IMG/VR virus record: IMGVR_UViG_3300034200_001961
Direction: 5' to 3' (one strand)
Length of the DNA: 31,849 nt
DNA from: an uncultured virus (IMG/VR IMGVR_UViG_3300034200_001961)
Lineage: Duplodnaviria > Heunggongvirae > Uroviricota > Caudoviricetes
Numbering within the stretch: the stretch's first letter is position 1; every line of letters begins with the position of its first letter. The notes below the pieces were generated by a model. That model saw only the letters and a program-made list of their open reading frames with translations, searched no databases and had not been told where the DNA came from. The position numbers and the translations under genes were made by a program. This document shows, piece by piece, positions 15,850 through 25,785 of this stretch.

Positions 15850-18800
15850 ATGCACCCTTCCAGTGACCCTTTCCCCGCCGACGCACGATCTGCTTACCCT
15901 CTGTTCTATCGCTCCTACTCCCGCCGCCTGGATGACGGCAGCCGTGAATCCTGGGAGCAAGTGGTCGAGCGCAATCTCAGCGCCCTGGTTGAGCTGGGTC
16001 GACTGAACCCTGAGCAAGAAGCCCTGCTGCGCCGGCACCAGCTGGACCTCACATCCCTGCCTTCGGGGCGCTGGCTTTGGGTCGGTGGCACCCCCTGGGC
16101 CACCGACCAGCGCAACTTCTATGGCGCATACAACTGCAGTTCGGTCCACGTCGATCAGCTCAGCGCCTTCGGGCTGCTGATGGATCTGGCGATGCAGGGG
16201 ACCGGCACCGGTGCGGTGCTTACTCGGGCCAATGTCGATCGGCTGCCGAAGGTTGTCAACCGGCTGGAGATCGACTACCGCGGCTCCCTGGGTTCAGCTG
16301 CCCCGGATGAGCGCAGTCCTCGCACGGCGGCAAGGCTTGTTGACTGCGAGCATCTTCTGATCAAGGTCGGCGATTCTCGCGATGGCTGGGTCACTTCCTA
16401 CCAGAAGCTCATCCAGCTTGCCTGCGGCGTCGGGTTTTTCAGTACCTCTGGCGCTATCAAGATCACGATCGACCTGAGCTGGGTGCGCCCACCTGGCGAG
16501 CGGCTCAAGGGCTTCGGTGGGGTGGCCAACCCCTCGGCCCTCCCTGAGATGTATGCCCGGGTAGCAGGGATCTTGAACCGCGCCATTGGCCGCCAGCTCA
16601 CGCCCCTGGAGTGCTGTCTGATTATCGACGAGGCCGCCCGCTGCGTCGTGGCCGGCAACATCCGCCGCAGCGCCGGCATGCGTCAGTTCGACGAAGACGA
16701 CCTTGAGGCCGCCGGCGCCAAGCGCAATCTCTGGGGCCAGGACGAGCAGGGCTACTGGGCGATCGATCCGGAGCGCGACGCATTGCGGATGGCCAATCAC
16801 ACCCGGCTCTTTCACCGCAAGCCCACCCGCGGCGAAGTGCTCGAAGCGGTGCGCAGCCAGCACGCTTGCGGCGAGGGGGCTATCCAGTTCATTCCTGAAG
16901 CCCTGGCCCGGGCCAATGCCGACATCCTCGGGCCCCAGTGGTTGAAGGAGAGCTTTCTTGCAGTGATTGAAGAAGGCGGGCTGGAGGGCGGCGCCAAAGG
17001 TCTTGCAACAATCCTGTTCGGCACGGGCGATCTCGATGATCTCGATCCCGAGCAGCGCCGGGAGTTGAACCACCGCATCAGCAGGTTTGGGCTTAATCCG
17101 TGCGGTGAGATAATCGGCTCCGACTTCCTGTGCAACCTCGCTGAAGTCCACCTCAACCGGCTCGACCCCAACGACTCCAGAGCGGTCGAGGAGGCTTTCC
17201 GCGCCGCTGCGCTCACGGTGTCTGTGCTACTTCACCACCACTTCCGCGACGAGCGGATGCAGGAAGCCCGGCTGCGAGACCCGATTGTCGGGGTGAGCTT
17301 CACTGGGTTGTTCGATTACTTCGTGCGCGCGCTGGGTGTCGACTGGCTGCGCTGGTGGGCCGAAGGCCGCCCGCCCCACGCCCAGGGGGCAGTGTTCTCC
17401 GCCTACGAGGTCAAGACCTTGCGCCGCTTCCGCGCCGTCGTCGAAGAGGAAGTAGCGACCTACTGCGAGGCCCACGGCCTGAAGGTCCCTAACCGCTGCA
17501 CCACCGTGCAGCCCGCTGGCTGCCTGGGGCTCGACGCGGTGCGCGTCACCAGCCGGGGGCTACTGCTGTTCAACGAAGCGAAGCTGCTTTGGGCCTGGCA
17601 TCAGGATGACCCCCTGCTCATTCGCGGCACACTGCCTGTGGTCGACACCGTGCGCAACGAACCCAGGCCCGCCCTACGTCTCACTCTGGTCAGCGGCCGG
17701 CAGATCGTCTGCACCCCGGACCACCGTTTCTGGGTAGAGAGCATGGGCTGGGTTCAAGCTCAAGCTCTTCGGATTGGCCACGAGCTTCAAGCTTCCCCAG
17801 GAGAACACTCCGGCCAGCCTGTCGCCACCCAGCAGCTGGAGGAGCCTGAGATGACCCCGGCCAAAGCCCCAAGCTCTCTGACACCAGGACTGGCCTACGT
17901 GGCCGGGGTCTCGCTGATCAAGAACCCCGCCCGGGTCACCTGGCCGGCCCTGCGCAACATGGCTCCTGACTGCTTGCACTTCTCCTTCCCTCTCACGGAG
18001 GGGGCGGCCGCAGACCGCCTGAACGAGTGGTTCGAGGACCTGTTTGAGATACCGCTCAAGCGGCGACTCTCGGGCCACACCATTCATCTGTTCAGCCGCG
18101 AGGCCCCCTTGCGCCGCTGGCTGGAGACCAACGGCCTCCTGATCGCCGATGCCCCTGAGACAGACCGGCTGCCTTTGTCTTTGCGCCAGTCCACTGCCAG
18201 TGCGATTCGTTCGCTCTTTGCGGGACTGATTGATGCGACGGCCAGCAAGATACGAAATCAGCCGCCTGTCATCAAGATCCAAAGCGAGCCCCTTGCCCGC
18301 CATCTCCAGCAGGTAGGGGAGGCCGTGGGCCTGGTCTTCCGCCTGCAGCGCCACCAGAACGGCAAAAAACCCTACTGGAAGCTGACCCTTTCGCGGTTCT
18401 GGAGCACTGCTCCAGCTTTGGACTATTTGGCCACTTACAGCCTCCACTGCCAGGGACGGGATATGCGCAAGACGCATAACTGCTTCGGGCACCATTACTG
18501 GCAGGTGGCCGCTATCGAGCAGATCGAAAATACCGCCACCGCAGACATCTGCTTGGGCGCTGATGACGACGATGCCTGGTACTGGGCAGGTGCCATCAAG
18601 AGCCACAACAGCAAGTCCTTGTTGACCAATGCCTCCCCGGGCTGGCATCCGCCCAAGGCCCCTTACTACATTCGTCGGATCACCTTCGCCAAGGACGACC
18701 CGATTGCTTTGGCCTGCCTGGCCTATGGCTACCCTGTCGTCCCATCTCAGTCCGATAAGGACGAGAGCGGCAGGCTGCTCAGCGACCCGCACGACCCGCG

Positions 18801-19281
18801 TTGCACCGAGTGGCTGGTGGAGATTCCCACTGCCACGCCCTGGGCAGAGCTGGAGGGGGCGGCCGAGATCGACACCGGCAAATTCCCCGCCCTGGCTCAG
18901 TTTGACTTCTACATGAACGTGCAGAAGCACTACTCGGGGCACAACACCAGTGCCACCCTGGAGCTCACCGAGGCCGAGATTGAGCCACTCGCCACGGCCA
19001 TCCACACGGCCATCGACACGGACCAGGGATACATATCTGCCGCCCTGCTGGCCCGCTTCGAGGACAAGGAGACCTTCCCGCGGATGCCGTTTGAGCCGAT
19101 CAGCAAGGAGCGCTACGAGGCGCTCTGCGCTGAAGTTGAGCAGCGCCGCACCAACGACTGCTTTTTTGAGGCTCTGGCTCACTTCGACAGCAAAGCAGTC
19201 GGCGGAGCCCCCCAAGTGGAGGGGCCCACCGGCTGCGATAGCGATAAGTGCCTGATGCCGGAAGCCGGGCCCGGAGTCTGA
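15850..19281 (+). CDS. nrdJ: Class II (adenosylcobalamin-dependent) ribonucleoside-triphosphate reductase with intein
   Basis: PSGRWLWVGG, YNC, VVAGNIRRSA, NPCGEI...CNL, TTVQPAG / SKSLL, and C-terminal GCDSDKC. Confidence 0.95.
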   Translation: MHPSSDPFPADARSAYPLFYRSYSRRLDDGSRESWEQVVERNLSALVELGRLNPEQEALLRRHQLDLTSLPSGRWLWVGGTPWATDQRNFYGAYNCSSVHVDQLSAFGLLMDLAMQGTGTGAVLTRANVDRLPKVVNRLEIDYRGSLGSAAPDERSPRTAARLVDCEHLLIKVGDSRDGWVTSYQKLIQLACGVGFFSTSGAIKITIDLSWVRPPGERLKGFGGVANPSALPEMYARVAGILNRAIGRQLTPLECCLIIDEAARCVVAGNIRRSAGMRQFDEDDLEAAGAKRNLWGQDEQGYWAIDPERDALRMANHTRLFHRKPTRGEVLEAVRSQHACGEGAIQFIPEALARANADILGPQWLKESFLAVIEEGGLEGGAKGLATILFGTGDLDDLDPEQRRELNHRISRFGLNPCGEIIGSDFLCNLAEVHLNRLDPNDSRAVEEAFRAAALTVSVLLHHHFRDERMQEARLRDPIVGVSFTGLFDYFVRALGVDWLRWWAEGRPPHAQGAVFSAYEVKTLRRFRAVVEEEVATYCEAHGLKVPNRCTTVQPAGCLGLDAVRVTSRGLLLFNEAKLLWAWHQDDPLLIRGTLPVVDTVRNEPRPALRLTLVSGRQIVCTPDHRFWVESMGWVQAQALRIGHELQASPGEHSGQPVATQQLEEPEMTPAKAPSSLTPGLAYVAGVSLIKNPARVTWPALRNMAPDCLHFSFPLTEGAAADRLNEWFEDLFEIPLKRRLSGHTIHLFSREAPLRRWLETNGLLIADAPETDRLPLSLRQSTASAIRSLFAGLIDATASKIRNQPPVIKIQSEPLARHLQQVGEAVGLVFRLQRHQNGKKPYWKLTLSRFWSTAPALDYLATYSLHCQGRDMRKTHNCFGHHYWQVAAIEQIENTATADICLGADDDDAWYWAGAIKSHNSKSLLTNASPGWHPPKAPYYIRRITFAKDDPIALACLAYGYPVVPSQSDKDESGRLLSDPHDPRCTEWLVEIPTATPWAELEGAAEIDTGKFPALAQFDFYMNVQKHYSGHNTSATLELTEAEIEPLATAIHTAIDTDQGYISAALLARFEDKETFPRMPFEPISKERYEALCAEVEQRRTNDCFFEALAHFDSKAVGGAPQVEGPTGCDSDKCLMPEAGPGV
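17521..18609 (+). mobile_element. Intein (363 aa) with degenerate LAGLIDADG domain
   Basis: Starts with Cys (CLGLD) after QPAG. Block B is CTPDHRF. It ends IKSHN followed by Ser. LAGLIDADG-like segments are AYVAGVSLIKN and LFAGLIDATA. Confidence 0.93.
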
Positions 19282-19626
19282 TCAGAGCCCCCGCTCGTCG
19301 AGGTCCTCGTCCTCCCTCACCTGGTGGGCGAGGACGATTCCCTCTTTGTCGACCGCGCAAGCCGTCACCGTAATAGCCATCGGCTCTGCAGCAGTGGAAC
19401 GGAGAAACCCCGCACAAGACCACAGCACCGCTTCGACTGCGTCGGGGCCGAGCAGTTCTCGGTTGCCGATGCGTGACGCCAGTTTTTCCAGCTGCGCGGC
19501 CAGCAAGCCGGCTTCACTGCCGCTGGGAACCTGGCGGTACGGGAAGAGTGCCAACGCGGCGTTTCGCCCGGCCATCTCGAAGGCCATCCCAACACCGCTG
19601 GGGAAATTGATATGCGCCTGACTCAT
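19282..19626 (-). CDS. Hypothetical protein
   Basis: ATGA-coupled to the upstream gene. Its stop abuts the nrdJ stop. Confidence 0.7.
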   Translation of the reverse strand: MSQAHINFPSGVGMAFEMAGRNAALALFPYRQVPSGSEAGLLAAQLEKLASRIGNRELLGPDAVEAVLWSCAGFLRSTAAEPMAITVTACAVDKEGIVLAHQVREDEDLDERGL

Positions 19627-20111
19627 CCCAACCCCAGCTGCTGATTGATTTGATTCATCTGCTGGCGCATGGATCCGATCACCGCGACCAGCTGATCTGT
19701 ATTGACCCCGCTCAAGGCGACCGGCGGCGCCAATCCAAACGACCCCGCCGTTCCGGGTGCTGGATTAAGCGGCCCGCGAACCATTCCGCTGCCGCTTAAT
19801 TTCGTCACGGTCTCCCCCAAGGCCAAGTCCAGCTCCTGGCGGGTGACCACCTCTTGCAGCACTGGTTCCAGTTGTGTGCGAGTGACCGCAGAAGTGTTCA
19901 GCTGCTGCAGCGCCTGCAGGAAGGGCGTCAGTTCGTCGCGGGTGGGGCGCTGGCCAATTCCAGAACGCAGGTCTTGGATTACCAGGCCAGTGTCCTGCAC
20001 GGAGCTGATATGGTCCCGGCGCAAGCGAGAGGTCGAAAGCCGGCCGCCGAGGAAGCCGCCAGCCCCGCCAACGACAAGTGCCACCACGCCAGAGAGAAGG
20101 TAAGTGAGCAT
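19623..20111 (-). CDS. N-terminally membrane-anchored coiled-coil protein
   Basis: TM segment MLTYLLSGVVALVVGGAGGFLGG and repeated TRxEL helices. It lies downstream of the lysin. Confidence 0.75.
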   Translation of the reverse strand: MLTYLLSGVVALVVGGAGGFLGGRLSTSRLRRDHISSVQDTGLVIQDLRSGIGQRPTRDELTPFLQALQQLNTSAVTRTQLEPVLQEVVTRQELDLALGETVTKLSGSGMVRGPLNPAPGTAGSFGLAPPVALSGVNTDQLVAVIGSMRQQMNQINQQLGLG

Positions 20112-20169
20112 AGAGAGGAATCAGAGGCTGCCAGATGCAGCAGGCAGCGTGAACTCTACCGCTCTTGAC

Positions 20170-21510
20170 TCACTGGGACCAACGCTTGGCCAGCCGCCGC
20201 CGGAGCAGGTCGAAATTCTGATAGGGCGTCATGCTGCCACTGCCGGCCGGCGCTGGCGCCAGGAAATCGACCGAAGCAATTGTGCCGTCCTGACTGAGGA
20301 CCCGGCCGGTGCCGCCCTGCCTGCCGATGACCGCTCCCTCGGGCACCTCTTGGCCCTTGGTCACGTTGATCGAATCAAGGTGGCCGTAGAGCACGTCGAC
20401 CTTCTGGCCGGTGGCCGGATCGATCGATTCCTTGACCACGTAATTGCCGTAGCCCTTGCCTGTCGCCCCCCGGCCCGAGCCCTGGTAGCCGATGTCTTTG
20501 ATCCGCCCGGGCAACAGGGACCTGAACTGCTTGTCCTCAAAGTAGAGATCGATCCCCGGCTGCCCTTGGTCGAACGAGGTCGAGATAGAGCGCTTGAATG
20601 GCACCGGTTTGGCGCCACTGGCAGCCGGGCCCGAGCCGCCGCCGCCGGGCTGTCTTGGCGTGCCCTGGGCAGCCACCTCCATGGGGGCAGCAATCGCCTG
20701 CGGCGGGACACTGGCCGGGGGTTCACCGCTAACCATTTGAGCCAAGGTCCCAGCCATTCGCTGCCGGCCTTGGGCGCCCCTGGCCGCCAGGTATTGCAGC
20801 CCGGCATTGCCAGCCCCGGCCACTCCGCCGGCGGCGATCGCGCTGCCGATCGTGGCAAGGGCCAGCTTCTCTGGTGTTTGCCCCTGTCCGGGCATTGGTA
20901 TTGCGGTTGATCGGTCTAACCCTCCGTAAGGATTCGGCACATCCAGGGACAGTTCCTTGAGGGGGTCTCCCCCGCCTGCTGCGGGCCTTTGAAAGCTGGC
21001 CCCCGAGACTGGGGGCGCCCCCTTCGCGGCGGCGGTGAACTTTGCCAGCAGGTCGGCAGCCTTTTTGACTGGCTGACCATAGGCACTTTTGCCTGCCAGC
21101 GTCGGCAGCGAAGCCCACTCCGGCGCCAGCTTGGCCAGCGTGCCAGCGTCTACCTTGCCGGCCATCACGTCGTCAAGGTTCACCCCGCGGCGCTCGATCA
21201 GCCGCATGGCCGCAGCATCTTGATTGGCCGGACTGAAGTCCTTGATCCCTAACTGCCCGGCGACTTCATCCCAAGTAGTCGAAAGGAACTGGTAGCGGCC
21301 CGAGGCATCAGAAGCCCACTGGCTGTTTACGCCACCCTTGCCGCGGCCCAGCACCTGGCGGGGGTGCTTCCACCCCCGGCTGGTATCAAAGCGGCCGCCG
21401 CCGAACTGGACGTTGTAGTCGGCGCCTTCCGCTGAAGCGATCGTGTCCAGCAGGGCACGACCGAAGGGGTTCTGCGCCGCGGCCTGGTAGTCCTGCAGTG
21501 TCCTGGCCAC
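20170..21510 (-). CDS. Lambda-R-like lysozyme (GH104/GH24) fused to a degenerate M23 domain
   Basis: RALLDTIASAEG, ASGRYQFLSTTW, FSPANQD and LAPEWASLP. The C-terminal part has GID, GYGNYV, LYGHL and IGRQGGTG. Confidence 0.88.
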   Translation of the reverse strand: MARTLQDYQAAAQNPFGRALLDTIASAEGADYNVQFGGGRFDTSRGWKHPRQVLGRGKGGVNSQWASDASGRYQFLSTTWDEVAGQLGIKDFSPANQDAAAMRLIERRGVNLDDVMAGKVDAGTLAKLAPEWASLPTLAGKSAYGQPVKKAADLLAKFTAAAKGAPPVSGASFQRPAAGGGDPLKELSLDVPNPYGGLDRSTAIPMPGQGQTPEKLALATIGSAIAAGGVAGAGNAGLQYLAARGAQGRQRMAGTLAQMVSGEPPASVPPQAIAAPMEVAAQGTPRQPGGGGSGPAASGAKPVPFKRSISTSFDQGQPGIDLYFEDKQFRSLLPGRIKDIGYQGSGRGATGKGYGNYVVKESIDPATGQKVDVLYGHLDSINVTKGQEVPEGAVIGRQGGTGRVLSQDGTIASVDFLAPAPAGSGSMTPYQNFDLLRRRLAKRWSQ

Positions 21511-21624
21511 GGTACCCCCAACTTCGAGGCTTCAGTCTACGGAGGCTCGCCTTGCGTCTTACGTGAGACAGGCGAGAGATAGCGCAAGGTGACCTAGGAT
21601 GGTGCATGCCGGGTCTACCTGTCC

Positions 21625-21882
21625 ATGCCGCCACTGCCTAGCGATCCTTCTTCTCAGCCCGGCCTCCCGGGCAAAACCTCTGAGATTGACTGGATCTCAA
21701 CCGAGAAGATGTGCCTCGATCTTGACATCTGCCGCTCCACTCTTTACCGGGTCCGCACTGATGACAAGCGAATGAAGCAAGGCTCTCATTACATCCGCAA
21801 GAACCCCACGTCGGTGAAATGCGGCCACTTGCTTTGGAACCCCGAAAAGGTCCGGGAGATCTTTGGGCGCCAGGGCCAATGA
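21625..21882 (+). CDS. Excisionase/AlpA-like helix-turn-helix DNA-binding protein
   Basis: [22 protein letters not shown]...GSHY...LLWN. TAGGAT lies upstream at 21595. Confidence 0.7.
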   Translation: MPPLPSDPSSQPGLPGKTSEIDWISTEKMCLDLDICRSTLYRVRTDDKRMKQGSHYIRKNPTSVKCGHLLWNPEKVREIFGRQGQ

Positions 21883-22166
21883 ACACGCCGGTTGATCCCA
21901 CTCAGTCACCGGAGCTGCATCTCACGCCCAGCGGCGAGAAGGACAAGGCGGCCTATTGGCGGCGGCAGAACGAGCTCGACCAGTTTCATCGAACCTTCAA
22001 GCCGCCCACCCACGAGGAGAAGTTGGCCATGGCCCAAGGCAAGCCGATGCCGGCCCGCTCCCGAATCCAGGCTCTCTCTGATGACGCCGCCAACCAATGG
22101 AGCGTCGAAGAAATTTACGGCATCGAGCCGCCTGAGGGTGGCGACACCGAACCGCATTCCCTCTAA
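21879..22166 (+). CDS. Hypothetical protein
   Basis: The ATG at 21879 overlaps the HTH gene stop (ATGA). Confidence 0.65.
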   Translation: MNTPVDPTQSPELHLTPSGEKDKAAYWRRQNELDQFHRTFKPPTHEEKLAMAQGKPMPARSRIQALSDDAANQWSVEEIYGIEPPEGGDTEPHSL

Positions 22167-22191
22167 CCTGAGCTGCCCCGCCCCTGCTCCC

Positions 22192-25100
22192 TTGGCCTTC
22201 GTCCCGCTTCACAACCACAGCGACTACAGCATGCTGGACGGCGCCAGCCAGCTGCCGCAGATGGTGGAGCGGGCCGTGGAGCTGGGGATGCCAGCCCTGG
22301 CTCTCACCGATCACGGCGTGATGTACGGCGCCATCGAGCTACTCAAGCTTTGCGGCAAGGCCGGCATCAAGCCGATTATCGGCAACGAGATGTATGTGAT
22401 CAACGGCTCGATCGAGGATCCGCAGCCCAAGAAAGAGCGCCGCTACCACCTGGTGGTGCTGGCCAAAAACGCAGTCGGCTACCGCAACTTGGTGAAGCTC
22501 ACCAGCATCAGCCACCTGCGCGGCATGCGGGGCCGGGGCATCTTCTCTCGCGCCTGCATCGACAAGAGGCTGCTGCGCCAGTACAGCGAAGGCCTGATCA
22601 TCGCCACCGCCTGCCTTGGCGGTGAGATTTCCCAAGCGATCCTCAAGGGGCGCCCCGACGTGGCTCGCTCCGTGGCGGCCTGGTACCAGGAGGTGTTTGC
22701 AGGCGACTTTTATCTGGAGATCCAAGACCACGGCGGCACCGAAGACCGCATCGTGAACGTGGAGATGGCCCGCATCGGCGCTGAGCTGGGGATCGAGCTG
22801 ATCGCCACCAATGATGCCCACTACCTTGGCGCGGGCGATGTGGAAGCCCACGACGCTTTGCTCTGCATCCTCACGAGCAAGTTGATCAGCGACGAGAAGC
22901 GCCTGCGCTACACCGGCACCGAGTACATCAAGAGCGAAGCAGAGATGCTTACTCTTTTTGCTGACCACCTGGAACCGGAGACGGTGGCCGAAGCGGTGGC
23001 CAACACCGCTCGGGTGGCTCAGAAGGTAGAGGATTACGGCATCTTGGGCCGCCCCCAGATGCCCCGCTTCCCGATCCCGGAGGGGCACACGACCGCGACC
23101 TACCTTGCCGAGCTGGCCGAAGCCGGGCTGCGGCAGCGCCTGGGCCTGGTGGCCGGCGAGCCCTTTGATCCGGCCTACGGCGAGCGGTTGGAGTTCGAGC
23201 TGCAGGTGATGGACCGGATGGGGTTCTCTGCCTACTTCCTGGTGGTGTGGGACTACATCCGCTTTGCCCGCGACAGCAATATCCCGGTGGGCCCGGGCCG
23301 GGGTTCGGCGGCCGGCTCGGTGGCGGCCTGGGCCCTGGGGATTACCAATATCGATCCGGTGGAGCACGGCCTGCTGTTCGAGCGTTTCTTGAATCCAGAA
23401 CGCAAATCGATGCCTGACGTCGACACCGACTTCTGCATCGAGCGCCGCGGCGAAGTGATCGACTACGTGACCCAGCGCTACGGCAAGGACAAGGTCGCCC
23501 AGATCATCACCTTCAACCGCATGGCCTCCAAGGCGGTACTCAAGGATGTGGCCCGAGTCCTCGACATCCCCTACGGCGAAGCCGATCGACTGGCCAAGCT
23601 GATTCCCGTGGCCCGGGGCAAGCCCGCCAAGCTCAAGGAGATGATCGGCGCCGAATCTCCCAGTCCAGAGTTTCGCGAGAAATATCAAAGCGATCAGAAG
23701 GTGAAGCACTGGGTGGACTTAGCGATACGCCTCGAGGGGACCAACAAAACCTTCGGGGTCCATGCCGCCGGGGTGGTGATCGCCGCTGATCCTCTCGATG
23801 AGTTGGTGCCGCTGCAGCTCAATAACGACGGCCAGGTGATCACCCAATACTTCATGGAGGACGTGGAGGCGATGGGGCTGCTGAAGATGGACTTCCTTGG
23901 CCTCAAGAACCTCACGATGATCCAGAAGACCGTCGACCTGGTGGAGCATAGGAGCGGCGTGCGGGTAGACCCCGATGCCCTGCCGGCCGGCGACGAGGAC
24001 ACCTACGCCTTGCTGGCTCGCGGTGATCTGGAAGGCATCTTCCAGCTGGAATCCAGTGGCATGCGTCAGATCGTGCGCGACCTCAAGCCTTCGTCCTTGG
24101 AGGACATCTCGTCGATCCTGGCCCTCTACCGGCCCGGTCCGCTCGATGCCGGGCTGATTCCTAAGTTCATCAACCGCAAGCACGGCCGAGAGCAAATCGA
24201 TGTGCCTCATCCCAAGCTTGAGCCGATTCTGAGCCAGACCTACGGAATCATGGTCTACCAGGAGCAGATCATGAAGATCGCTCAGGACTTGGCCGGCTAT
24301 TCGCTAGGTGAGGCTGACCTGCTGCGGCGAGCGATGGGCAAGAAGAAAAAAAGCGAGATGGAAGAGCACCAGAGCCGTTTCGTGGAAGGGGCCACTAAAC
24401 GAGGCGTGGATGCCCAGGTGGCTGAGGACCTGTTTGAGCAGATGGTGCTCTTCGCTGAGTATTGCTTCAACAAGAGCCATTCCACCGCCTACGGGGCTAT
24501 CACCTACCAGACGGCCTATCTCAAGGCCCACTATCCGGTGGACTACATGGCCGCATTGCTCACGGTGAATGCAGGCGCCAGCGACAAGGTGCAGCGCTAT
24601 ATCTCCAACTGCAACGCGATGGGCGTCGAGGTCATGCCCCCCAGCGTGAACGCTTCCGGCGTCGACTTCACCCCTGTCGATGGACGGATCCTGTTCGGTC
24701 TTTCGGCGGTGCGCAACCTCGGCGAGGGGGCGATTCGCTCGTTGATTGACGTTCGTGATGGCGGCGGCCCGTTTCAGTTCCTGGCGGACCTCTGCGACCG
24801 CCTCAGCGGCTACCAGGTCAACCGCCGTGCCATTGAGTCGCTGATCCATTGCGGCGCCCTTGACGCGCTTGAGCCCCGGGCCAACAGGGCCCAGCTGATG
24901 GCGGACCTTGATCCAACCCTTGAATGGGCATCCTCTCGGGCCAGGGACCGGGCCAGCGGCCAGGGCAACCTTTTCGACCTGTTCGGGGGTTCCATATCTG
25001 GAAACGCTTCGCCCGATCTGTTCACCGCCCCGAAGGCGGCCCCGGTGGCCGACTATCCGCCGCAGGAGAAGCTCAAACTGGAGAAGGAGCTTCTTGGCTT

Positions 25101-25734
25101 CTATATCTCCGACCACCCCTTGCGCCAGATTGGTGCCCAGGCGAAACTCCTGGGCCCGACCGACTTGAGCGGCCTGGAGGAGCTGGCCGACAAGGCCAAG
25201 GTAAGCGTGGTGGCGATAGTGACCGAGCTGCGCCAGGTGACCACCCGCAAGGGCGATCGCATGGCGGTGCTGCGGCTGGAGGATCTCACCGGCAGTTGCG
25301 AGGCGGTGGTGTTCCCTAAGTCGTTTGCCCGCTTGGCGGATCACTTGATACTGGACGCCCGCCTGCTGGTGTGGGCGGGAGTGGACCACCGCGACGAACG
25401 GGTGCAGCTGATTGTGGACGATTGCTGCAGCATTGATGATCTGCACCTGCTGGTGGTGGATCTGCCGGTGAACCAGGCCGGCGACACTGCCGTCCAGCAC
25501 CGGCTGCGGGATTGTCTGCAGCGTCACAGGCCTGACGCAATGAAACGGGAGGCGGCAGAAGCGCTGGTGCCAGTAGTGGCCCGGGTCCTGGACGGCGAGC
25601 GCGGTCGCTGCGTGCAGCTCGGGGCCCAGTTCTGCGTGGCGGACGGCGGATCGACCGCCCGGGCCCTGTGCGCTGCTGGGCTTCAGGCCTCTCTGGTGCC
25701 CCTGCTTGATTCGCCCGGGGTCAGCAAGGGGTAG
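22192..25734 (+). CDS. dnaE: DNA polymerase III alpha subunit (intact, no intein)
   Basis: PHP motifs HNHSDYS, TDHG and NDAHY. Also [31 protein letters not shown], clamp-binding-like QGNLFDLF and an OB fold. The TTG start at 22192 (AFVPLHNH) is inferred. Confidence 0.97.
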   Translation: MAFVPLHNHSDYSMLDGASQLPQMVERAVELGMPALALTDHGVMYGAIELLKLCGKAGIKPIIGNEMYVINGSIEDPQPKKERRYHLVVLAKNAVGYRNLVKLTSISHLRGMRGRGIFSRACIDKRLLRQYSEGLIIATACLGGEISQAILKGRPDVARSVAAWYQEVFAGDFYLEIQDHGGTEDRIVNVEMARIGAELGIELIATNDAHYLGAGDVEAHDALLCILTSKLISDEKRLRYTGTEYIKSEAEMLTLFADHLEPETVAEAVANTARVAQKVEDYGILGRPQMPRFPIPEGHTTATYLAELAEAGLRQRLGLVAGEPFDPAYGERLEFELQVMDRMGFSAYFLVVWDYIRFARDSNIPVGPGRGSAAGSVAAWALGITNIDPVEHGLLFERFLNPERKSMPDVDTDFCIERRGEVIDYVTQRYGKDKVAQIITFNRMASKAVLKDVARVLDIPYGEADRLAKLIPVARGKPAKLKEMIGAESPSPEFREKYQSDQKVKHWVDLAIRLEGTNKTFGVHAAGVVIAADPLDELVPLQLNNDGQVITQYFMEDVEAMGLLKMDFLGLKNLTMIQKTVDLVEHRSGVRVDPDALPAGDEDTYALLARGDLEGIFQLESSGMRQIVRDLKPSSLEDISSILALYRPGPLDAGLIPKFINRKHGREQIDVPHPKLEPILSQTYGIMVYQEQIMKIAQDLAGYSLGEADLLRRAMGKKKKSEMEEHQSRFVEGATKRGVDAQVAEDLFEQMVLFAEYCFNKSHSTAYGAITYQTAYLKAHYPVDYMAALLTVNAGASDKVQRYISNCNAMGVEVMPPSVNASGVDFTPVDGRILFGLSAVRNLGEGAIRSLIDVRDGGGPFQFLADLCDRLSGYQVNRRAIESLIHCGALDALEPRANRAQLMADLDPTLEWASSRARDRASGQGNLFDLFGGSISGNASPDLFTAPKAAPVADYPPQEKLKLEKELLGFYISDHPLRQIGAQAKLLGPTDLSGLEELADKAKVSVVAIVTELRQVTTRKGDRMAVLRLEDLTGSCEAVVFPKSFARLADHLILDARLLVWAGVDHRDERVQLIVDDCCSIDDLHLLVVDLPVNQAGDTAVQHRLRDCLQRHRPDAMKREAAEALVPVVARVLDGERGRCVQLGAQFCVADGGSTARALCAAGLQASLVPLLDSPGVSKG

Positions 25735-25785
25735 CGGCGGGCTTGCCCCTGCGGCCGCGTCGGCTGCTCTCCGGTGCCAGGCGGC

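Noticed and set aside
21892..22191. 100-aa N-terminal extension of DnaE in the ORF track
   Set aside because: It overlaps the 21879-22166 ORF and is low complexity. DnaE similarity begins at AFVPLHNH (TTG 22192).
17674..25527. Long antisense ORFs (17674-19215, 22339-23709, 24304-25527)
   Set aside because: These are shadows of GC-rich nrdJ and dnaE codon usage and have no recognisable motifs.
22192..25734. dnaE as a host chromosome segment or prophage boundary
   Set aside because: Phage-type genes flank it on both sides. No other housekeeping genes, att site or integrase were seen.
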